Virus record (IMG/VR): IMGVR_UViG_3300046739_000207
Coordinates: 1-45,631 of that record
DNA: 45,631 nt
Origin: a virus
Direction: 5' to 3' (one strand)
Of this stretch, positions 6,164 through 12,555 are shown in pieces; position 1 is the stretch's first letter, and each line of letters opens with the position of its first letter. The translations under genes and the position numbers were made by a program. Under the pieces are notes generated by a model. The model was not told the origin of the DNA, did not search any database, and saw only the letters and a program-made list of their open reading frames with translations.

Positions 6164-6991
6164 TTGCCAGAATCAGCAAAGTATCTTGCCATTAAAAACT
6201 GGAACAAGTATCAGCCCTCCAGAAACGGGAAGGCCTCACCCTGGGTGAAGGACTACACAGACAAGGAATTGGATGCCGATTACATGCGCCTAACGTGCCT
6301 CCAGAGATACGTTTTAGATGGCTGCTGCAGGCTTCGCGGCCGGTCAGGAAAGAACCTTCCAAATGATGCTACGACGCTTGCACGACTACTGCACGTTGCA
6401 CGCACGGATGCTCCACACATACCTCACGCTGTAAGTACGCTGCTTACACGCGGGTTTTTGGTCCTTTCGAATCAACAACTTGATTTTACAGATAAAGATA
6501 AAGAAGAAGAGAAAGAGATAGACAAGAGTAAGAAAAAACCTTCCGCGAAACCAGTTCGCGGGACCAGTTCCCCAGGACAAGTTTTGCCAAAGGATTTAAG
6601 GCACGCCAGAGTTCGGAGTTTGGTCATGAATGCCTACCACGAGCAAACCGGAGCAGATTGCCCTTGGGACGGCGGCGAAGGTTCCCAACTTAAAGCTCTT
6701 TTGGCTGCAACTCCAGGTTGGCACGATACCCAATTGGCGCAGTGTTTAGTGAATATGTACGCTTCTGGCGGGTTTGCGAAAGGCACCAGGCCGAGAGAGT
6801 TTTTGCCGCGATTGCCGAAGTATTTGCATGGGCCGTTAAACGAATTTAACAGGGAGCAAGTCAATGGAAACAAAGGTGTTTCAGCCTCTAAAGCCGAAGA
6901 AAGGGACCGACGCATTGAAGAAAACACTAAACGGGTCGCAGCCGAGTTTGAGCGACTTCATCGCGGCGATCCAGCGGCACTATCGGACTGA
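6164..6991 (+). CDS. Putative replication organiser / DNA-binding protein (275 aa, TTG start)
   Basis: Assigned by position after the recombination genes. A Lys/Glu-rich linker separates two domains. No family recognised with certainty. Confidence 0.5.
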   Translation: MPESAKYLAIKNWNKYQPSRNGKASPWVKDYTDKELDADYMRLTCLQRYVLDGCCRLRGRSGKNLPNDATTLARLLHVARTDAPHIPHAVSTLLTRGFLVLSNQQLDFTDKDKEEEKEIDKSKKKPSAKPVRGTSSPGQVLPKDLRHARVRSLVMNAYHEQTGADCPWDGGEGSQLKALLAATPGWHDTQLAQCLVNMYASGGFAKGTRPREFLPRLPKYLHGPLNEFNREQVNGNKGVSASKAEERDRRIEENTKRVAAEFERLHRGDPAALSD

Positions 6992-7331
6992 CTGGTCAGA
7001 TGCGGAAATTTCCGATTGGATGGCTGGGCTGCAAGGCTACTCACATCGGGATCTTCACAAGGCGCTACAGAGGCTGATTTATCACCCGCCAAACGATTTC
7101 AGTGGCTGCCCTAATCTGCCTACTTTCCTGCGAACCTTGCGCGAGATTCAAGAAGAAATATCGCAGAAGATGCAGGCAGCCGGCGAGTTCAAGAACCATG
7201 CTGACCGAAATTGCGAGACCTGTAAAGGCAGCTCTTGGGTGCTCACGAAGGATTATTCCGGCAACGATGCGGTTTATCGCTGTGAGTGCTGGAAACGAAA
7301 CACTGAAGGACTTGTAAGGGAGCCAAAATGA
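6864..7331 (+). CDS. Hypothetical protein with C-terminal CxxC...CxC zinc motif (155 aa)
   Basis: ATG at 6864 is preceded by AGGGAG. It overlaps the upstream gene by 128 nt in another frame. The alternative ATG at 7020 has no SD. Confidence 0.5.
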   Translation: METKVFQPLKPKKGTDALKKTLNGSQPSLSDFIAAIQRHYRTDWSDAEISDWMAGLQGYSHRDLHKALQRLIYHPPNDFSGCPNLPTFLRTLREIQEEISQKMQAAGEFKNHADRNCETCKGSSWVLTKDYSGNDAVYRCECWKRNTEGLVREPK

Positions 7332-7597
7332 GCACACAAGCCACAAACGTACGTCACACTCAAATCGTTCCCCTGGAAGAGATTTACAAAGAAGTTCAGC
7401 TTGGCTCCAGGTGGGAATACCTCATTGCCGAAGCAGACACAATGAACTTCGATAGCGCTTTGGTCGAGAAATTCAGAACTCGCTACCAAGCTTGCCAGTG
7501 TGCTATTGGCGTGAGGTCTCTGATTGTTAGCAGAGGCTTGCCGTTATTCGTGAAGAGAAAGCAGCGTGAGGTCTTTATATGGAAGCGGAGACAGTAA
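7328..7597 (+). CDS. Hypothetical protein (89 aa)
   Basis: ATGA overlap with the upstream gene; GGGAG SD. Confidence 0.5.
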   Translation: MSTQATNVRHTQIVPLEEIYKEVQLGSRWEYLIAEADTMNFDSALVEKFRTRYQACQCAIGVRSLIVSRGLPLFVKRKQREVFIWKRRQ

Positions 7598-7605
7598 GAG
7601 AGCCG

Positions 7606-7692
7606 ATGGTTGAGCTGCACGATATTTACTGCCTATGTGAGCGCTGCGTTGAGCGGCGAGAGTCTGAAAAGGTGCGGAGAGAGACGAAGTGA
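7606..7692 (+). CDS. Possible micro-ORF (28 aa) coupled to the methyltransferase start
   Basis: Translation MVELHDIYCLCERCVERRESEKVRRETK. The stop overlaps the GTG start of the next gene as GTGA. The SD is weak. Confidence 0.25.
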   Translation: MVELHDIYCLCERCVERRESEKVRRETK

Positions 7693-8321
7693 AGCCCTAT
7701 TACGAACATAACGGAATTAGCATTTTTCATGGTGACTGTAGAGATGTGCTCACGCATCTGCCGGGCTTCCCTGTGATTATCTCTGACCCGCCTTATGGAA
7801 TTGATTACAAACCTTTGCGCGGCTCCAATGGATCGAAGATGTGGTGCGACGAAACAGTTCACGGCGATGATGCCGACTTTGATCCGCGCTGGCTTCTATC
7901 GGAGCAATTTGCAGGGTGTTTGCTGTGGGGCGCTAATCACTACAGCCACCTGTTGCCGCCTTCGCGTGGTTGGCTCTGCTGGGATAAGACGACGTCTGGA
8001 ATACGCGAAGGATTTATCTATTCACATTTTGAACTTGCATGGACGAATCTGACAACTCGCGCTCACAAATTCAACCTCAACTGGCAGGGTTCGGACAGGA
8101 ATGAGGACTTTTTTCACCCAACGCAAAAGCCGATACCACTCATGGAGTGGTGCGTTGGTTTTGCCGCTGCTGAGTTGCCAATAGTTGACCCCTACATGGG
8201 CAGCGGTACGACACTAATTGCTGCCAAAAACCTAGGACGGAGAGCAGTAGGCATAGAGATAGAGGAAAAGTACGCTGAAATAGCCGCCAAGAGATTGAGT
8301 CAGGAAGTGTTTCAGTTCTGA
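7689..8321 (+). CDS. DNA methyltransferase, beta-class (N6-adenine or N4-cytosine), DPPY motif
   Basis: Motif IV IISDPPYGIDY lies upstream of motif I VDPYMGSGTTLIAA, with FHPTQKPIPLMEW between them. This is the classic N4/N6 MTase layout. Confidence 0.85.
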   Translation: MKPYYEHNGISIFHGDCRDVLTHLPGFPVIISDPPYGIDYKPLRGSNGSKMWCDETVHGDDADFDPRWLLSEQFAGCLLWGANHYSHLLPPSRGWLCWDKTTSGIREGFIYSHFELAWTNLTTRAHKFNLNWQGSDRNEDFFHPTQKPIPLMEWCVGFAAAELPIVDPYMGSGTTLIAAKNLGRRAVGIEIEEKYAEIAAKRLSQEVFQF

Positions 8322-8331
8322 AAGGCGAGAG

Positions 8332-8661
8332 ATGCCCAGAAATAGCAAATACGGTGCGGTGCCGCAGATGGTCGATAATCTCCGGTTTGGCAGTAAGCGT
8401 GAAGCTGGGCGCTATGAAGACTTGAGGCTTTTGCAGCGTATCGGGAAGATTGAAAAGCTGGAGGCCGCGAAGGGGAATTTACGGTATGACCTCGCCGTAA
8501 ATGGCATCCTAATCTGCCGCTATGAGGCCGATTTCAGGTACTTTGACCTTGAGGCAGGGAAATGGGTTATCGAGGATAGCAAGGGCTTTAAAACGCCAGC
8601 ATATCGCATTAAACGTAAGCTTATGAAGGCGTGCCACGATATTGAGATTCAGGAAGTTTGA
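8332..8661 (+). CDS. DUF1064-like PD-(D/E)XK nuclease (possible resolvase)
   Basis: The pattern FGSKREAGRYEDLRLLQRIGKI...YEADFRYF...VIEDSKG matches the DUF1064 pattern as I remember it. Confidence 0.55.
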   Translation: MPRNSKYGAVPQMVDNLRFGSKREAGRYEDLRLLQRIGKIEKLEAAKGNLRYDLAVNGILICRYEADFRYFDLEAGKWVIEDSKGFKTPAYRIKRKLMKACHDIEIQEV

Positions 8662-8688
8662 AACTTTAAGAAGGGAGGAAATGAGCAA

Positions 8689-8775
8689 ATGACAATCATT
8701 CTGGGATTCGTATCGTTCACCGTGCCGAAGCTGATGGCGTTGGTAGCGCTGGCACATCGGATTGGCCTTCTCTAA
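8689..8775 (+). CDS. Possible 28-aa hydrophobic peptide
   Basis: Strong SD AAGGGAGGAA at 8671-8680. Translation: MTIILGFVSFTVPKLMALVALAHRIGLL. Confidence 0.25.
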   Translation: MTIILGFVSFTVPKLMALVALAHRIGLL

Positions 8776-8954
8776 TAGGCACACGTCTAGCCTCTGCTTA
8801 GAACGAGAGGCCGCACAGGTTCTACTGCGGAGGCAGGCAGCGCGGATTGTTAGGATTACAGGGCGGCGTGGGGTTCCCATCAGCAACCATGCCAACCGAG
8901 ATCAAAGACAGGGCGAGCAGCAACCAAAATAACTTACTTTTGAGGAAGGTTTTC

Positions 8955-9713
8955 ATGCCGTTTCACTCCTTTGAATGGACTTCAGAGATTATCAGTTTTG
9001 CCGTGCAATTAGCAGTGTTTTTTAAGGTGCGTCAGGTTAAATCTTTCCGCCTCTGGCTGGCTCTGCTTTGTCTCGGAAACGTCCTTTCGGTGCTCACCAG
9101 AAACCATGCTGTCCTCTACTGGGACCAGCTCTATATAGGGCGTATCGTTTGCGCCCTGGTGGGCCTGTGGGCCGTTGCTGACATCTCCTGCTACTATGAG
9201 GGCCAAACATCTCCTATCCTGCGCTTGCCGGTCATTGTGGCCGCACTGCTGGCCTATAAATACTGGCCATTGAACCCCGAAAGCGGCATTGTAGAAATGG
9301 AGACTTACCGCTACTTCGGCCTGGGCCTAGCCGTCTTCATTGTGGCCCTGCATGTAGTCTTTCTAATTGCCGGCGGTCGGCGCGTAAACTTTCAACTATG
9401 CGTTCTAGGTTGCTTGGCTGCGGAAGGGGCGGGATCAGCAGCCGTTGTGTTGTTTGGCTGGGTGCCCCGATTCCAGATGTTCGCATGGTTGGCGGGCTTA
9501 AGCTTCCTCGCAGCATTTGCAGTACATCAGAAAGGGTTTTTTCACACTGATCCTGACGTGCCTGAAGGTCAATCTGCTTTTGCTCCAGGTCAGACTGTCG
9601 GGCATGGATCGCCTCCTGACGCAGCGCTCCGGCTACAGTTGTCAGCGCGATTACCGTGTGAACGACCAGTTTTTTCCAGCTATAGCCCTCAAGTTCAAAG
9701 CCAAGAAACCTGA
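8955..9713 (+). CDS. Multi-pass integral membrane protein
   Basis: ORF 8847..9713 trimmed to the ATG at 8955, which follows GAGGAAGG. At least six hydrophobic helices run to about 9540. The last ~55 codons look non-protein-like. Confidence 0.6.
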   Translation: MPFHSFEWTSEIISFAVQLAVFFKVRQVKSFRLWLALLCLGNVLSVLTRNHAVLYWDQLYIGRIVCALVGLWAVADISCYYEGQTSPILRLPVIVAALLAYKYWPLNPESGIVEMETYRYFGLGLAVFIVALHVVFLIAGGRRVNFQLCVLGCLAAEGAGSAAVVLFGWVPRFQMFAWLAGLSFLAAFAVHQKGFFHTDPDVPEGQSAFAPGQTVGHGSPPDAALRLQLSARLPCERPVFSSYSPQVQSQET

Positions 9714-9741
9714 TGGAATGTTTTTTGCCAGTGGCGTGCAT
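9337..9741 (-). CDS. Possible single-pass membrane protein with a coiled coil (overlaps 8955..9713 antisense)
   Basis: Strong SD GGGGGAGAGAA precedes the ATG at 9741. The N-terminal ~75 aa (TM LVVHTVIALTTVAGAL, then a Q/E/R-rich heptad-like stretch) look genuine. The remainder is antisense to the membrane gene. Confidence 0.35.
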   Translation of the reverse strand: MHATGKKHSIRFLGFELEGYSWKKLVVHTVIALTTVAGALRQEAIHARQSDLEQKQIDLQARQDQCEKTLSDVLQMLRGSLSPPTMRTSGIGAPSQTTQRLLIPPLPQPSNLERIVESLRADRRQLERLHAGPQ

Positions 9742-9794
9742 TTCTCTCCCCCGCTTCGCTGATTAACCTTCTCCGTCAACCTGAAAGCGGAACT

Positions 9795-10157
9795 CTATCC
9801 CCCGGAAGGAGGTTCTTTGTCTTTCGGATGCACAACGGTATCGCCAGTCATTGTCTTGAGCAGTGCGCCCATAAAATTGCCAGTAATCGTTCCTGTGATA
9901 AAACTCAGGCTCATAATCGAGAACACGTTGTCCTGCTGGATCTTGCCGTCTACTGAGAGCTGGATGATGTAGTAAAAGAGGCGCAGAGAAGCCGCACCGC
10001 CAATGAGTGTGCCAAACAGAAGCAGAGCGATGTTGCCGCCTTTTGTGTTGATGAGGTCTAATGCCTCATGGACCTGCTGGATTGAGGGCAAGCGTCTAAA
10101 CCATGCCAGCACGAAAAAGCCAATGAGCAGTATCAATCCTGGGTAAAATACGGGCAT
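9795..10157 (-). CDS. Three-TM small membrane protein (120 aa)
   Basis: Hydrophobic segments PGLILLIGFFVLAWF, IALLLFGTLIGGAASLRLFYYII and VFSIMSLSFITGTITGNFMGALL. Confidence 0.6.
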   Translation of the reverse strand: MPVFYPGLILLIGFFVLAWFRRLPSIQQVHEALDLINTKGGNIALLLFGTLIGGAASLRLFYYIIQLSVDGKIQQDNVFSIMSLSFITGTITGNFMGALLKTMTGDTVVHPKDKEPPSGG

Positions 10158-10175
10158 GGGTTAGAATGGTGCGCT

Positions 10176-10298
10176 ATGAACGTCTGGTTAATAATCGCCG
10201 CTGTATTTGTTGGCGCGCTGATCCTTGTTCTATCGCTGGGCGCCGTTGCCAAACGAGGCGATAAACGAGCTTGGCCGAATCGCAAAGGCGAAGGTTAG
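10176..10298 (+). CDS. 40-aa single-TM peptide with a basic tail (below the ORF-track cutoff)
   Basis: Translation MNVWLIIAAVFVGALILVLSLGAVAKRGDKRAWPNRKGEG. It starts 18 nt from the divergent gene at 10157. The SD is weak. Confidence 0.35.
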   Translation: MNVWLIIAAVFVGALILVLSLGAVAKRGDKRAWPNRKGEG

Positions 10299-10302
10299 GC
10301 GA

Positions 10303-10332
10303 TTGCGTTCTGGAAGTAAAAAGAGGTAATAT
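10303..10332 (+). promoter_or_regulatory. Possible sigma70-like promoter for the lipoprotein gene
   Basis: TTGCGT 10303-10308, 18-nt spacer, TAATAT 10327-10332. Confidence 0.25.
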
Positions 10333-10398
10333 TCAAGCGCCTTGAAACGGGTATTGAGACCCGCTCCAAGGCTAAACAAAAGCACACAGGAGGTGCTC

Positions 10399-11034
10399 AT
10401 GTCTGCCAAGAAATCTACCACAATTTCTATTCTCGTTCTCGCCTTCACTTTTCTAATCGGCTGCGGTAGTAGCCTGCCATCCACCGTTCATGCCTCAGCA
10501 CCTGCTCTGCCCGATGTTGGCCCCGACTCAATCCACTGTGGCCCAACCGATGACGGCACCGCTTGCTCTTTCATCACTCACGTCAAAGATGCTCAGGGCC
10601 ATGTGCTGTTTTATTGCCAGGGCGAAACCCACGTCTTTGACGCCACTAAAACAATCTCATTTGGCCTGGAGATCGGCGTTTCATCTCTGATCACCGACCC
10701 GAACCTGAGCGGTTGCAACGTACCCATGCCGGAGCGCACGAACCTATTGAACATGCGCGGCAACCTCTCATTGACCCCATTCACTGGAAATCTGACCAGC
10801 ATCGCCACCTGGATCTATGCGATGGACTCAGGCCACAAGGGGTCGCTCTACACCGGCAAGATTCAGGCCACAAAGGGCATCGCCACGGCCATCCCATTTG
10901 AGGGATCGAGCGGCCAGCCGCTTGTGTTCCCCTCTGGTCACTACGCTGACAGCTTTCTGGTCTGGTTCAACATTGATCTGCCTGATTCAGTCCCGGCCAC
11001 AATCAGCGCTGCGGGATCGGGAGACATAGAGTAG
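10399..11034 (+). CDS. Lipoprotein (211 aa)
   Basis: ORF 10342..11034 trimmed to the ATG at 10399, which follows AGGAGG. The signal peptide plus lipobox is MSAKKSTTISILVLAFTFLIGC. Confidence 0.7.
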   Translation: MSAKKSTTISILVLAFTFLIGCGSSLPSTVHASAPALPDVGPDSIHCGPTDDGTACSFITHVKDAQGHVLFYCQGETHVFDATKTISFGLEIGVSSLITDPNLSGCNVPMPERTNLLNMRGNLSLTPFTGNLTSIATWIYAMDSGHKGSLYTGKIQATKGIATAIPFEGSSGQPLVFPSGHYADSFLVWFNIDLPDSVPATISAAGSGDIE

Positions 11035-11166
11035 ACTGTGGGCATGTTAAAGATTGTATCTCTCTTCATTATCTGGGGGCTGGCCTTTTATTTTTTCGCG
11101 TACCGAGCAACACCGGAAAAAAGGCAGGGCTGGCATCCAGATGGAAGATGAAAATAGAACCGGCTT

Positions 11167-12555
11167 TCAGTTAGATGGAATGAGCAGAAATGTCGTCATT
11201 GGCAAAAATGTGCTGGATGTATTGCTAATGAAAGCTGAATCAGCAGCATTGGTGGTTTTGAATTGAAGCGCAATGTTATGCGATGCTCCATCGCCAGTTA
11301 TCACCCAAGTTAAAGAAAGCGCAGTATTCGCGCCTGGGCTTGTCCCAGCGGTAGCGGTTTCACTCAAAATCCCCGTGTTAGCATTTCCGCAGGCGGCAGT
11401 ATCCGAAATTGCCACAAAATAAGGCACGACTGCCGTTGAGGTCCCACCTGTCACACTAGCATTTACCAGCAACTTCCAGCCTGTGGGGATTGTCACGGTA
11501 TAGCACAGGTTCGTGCTATCCACCACCACATAGGTCGTCGATGCGGTCGTGTAATTGCCAGCTCCGCTACCTTTCTTTAGAGTGACAGTGGGAATACCCG
11601 TTCCTGTTGGGCTGCCATTGATCACAGGCGAAGTCAGCGTCTTATTCGTCAGCGTGTCCGTCGTTGCGCGTCCAACATAGGTGTCGCTGCCCTGGAATGT
11701 CAGAGTAGTGCCATCCGTTCCCGCCAGCGTGAGTGAGTTGTTTACCGTAAGTGTCTTGCCATCTGTGCCTGCTATAGTCGTGCTGCTGTTCGCCGTCAAC
11801 GTCTTGTTGTTCGCAATTGTGAGCGTAGCTGCTGTGGCCGGCTGCGTGATTGTGACCTTATTAACTGTGGTAGCCGTTACCGCTGCCAGTGTAGACGCTC
11901 CAGTTACACCCAGCGTTCCCCCTACTGTAACGTTGCCGAATGTTGCATTACCCGAAAGCGTGCAGTTACTTGGATCGCAAGCGAGAATCTGATCTGGCTG
12001 AATCCTGGCTGTCAGTCCAGAGCCAAAGAACTGCTGAGTATATCTGCCTGGAACAATGTAAAAACTGTAATTCCCCAATCCATCGGCCGTTACTGGGTTA
12101 GGTGATGTGCATACAGCATCCGGAGAAGATGCGCACAAAGCAGCCAGCGGAGAGCACACGCTAGGCCCAGTGATGAGCGTTGTTCCGAAGATCGTTCCTG
12201 CTCCCAACCCCTGAACTGGATTTGAATAAGTGAAGTTTGTGCCGGAGGTCGTCAAGACCGTAAAGCTGCCATTATATTGAGTTGGCGTCACGCCGGTAAT
12301 CAGCACGGTTGAGCCCTGTGGAGGATTCAAGGTTGTAGTGATTGTGGCTGTACTTAGGGTTTCTGATGCGGCAGTAATTGCCACCTGTGAGCATACTGCC
12401 ACCTGTGCGCCCGGTGCAGGGTTTCCATTACGCGTGAACACTACGCCATCAAAGCGTGAGTTCTGAGCATGGCAGTCTTTTGCAAAAACCAAGAGCACCA
12501 ACAACGAGAGAAGCGTCAACCCGCGCCACGAAATCAACCACCTGTAAAATTTCAT
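11167..12555 (-). CDS. Tail-fibre / receptor-binding-like protein with an N-terminal signal-peptide-like segment and a CarboxypepD_reg-like domain
   Basis: The N-terminus is MKFYRWLISWRGLTLLSLLVLLVFAKDCHAQ, followed by FDGVVFTRNGNPAPGAQVAV. Repeats follow: TLTANSSTTIAGTDGKTLTVNNSLTLAGTDGTTLTF...TLTNKTLTSP. It is the last gene of the virion module. Confidence 0.6.
   Translation of the reverse strand: MKFYRWLISWRGLTLLSLLVLLVFAKDCHAQNSRFDGVVFTRNGNPAPGAQVAVCSQVAITAASETLSTATITTTLNPPQGSTVLITGVTPTQYNGSFTVLTTSGTNFTYSNPVQGLGAGTIFGTTLITGPSVCSPLAALCASSPDAVCTSPNPVTADGLGNYSFYIVPGRYTQQFFGSGLTARIQPDQILACDPSNCTLSGNATFGNVTVGGTLGVTGASTLAAVTATTVNKVTITQPATAATLTIANNKTLTANSSTTIAGTDGKTLTVNNSLTLAGTDGTTLTFQGSDTYVGRATTDTLTNKTLTSPVINGSPTGTGIPTVTLKKGSGAGNYTTASTTYVVVDSTNLCYTVTIPTGWKLLVNASVTGGTSTAVVPYFVAISDTAACGNANTGILSETATAGTSPGANTALSLTWVITGDGASHNIALQFKTTNAADSAFISNTSSTFLPMTTFLLIPSN

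Noticed and set aside
10230-10484. 84-aa minus-strand ORF overlapping the 40-aa peptide and the lipoprotein start.
   Set aside because: It has no SD and an unconvincing composition. It is antisense to two better-supported frames. I keep it only as a possible antisense-transcript region.
11035-11166. Expected bidirectional terminator between the convergent lipoprotein and tail-fibre genes (T-run at about 11086-11097, A-run at about 11116-11121).
   Set aside because: I could not draw a stable GC stem adjacent to either run. There are only a direct repeat gggctggc and 4-bp stems, so no terminator is called.
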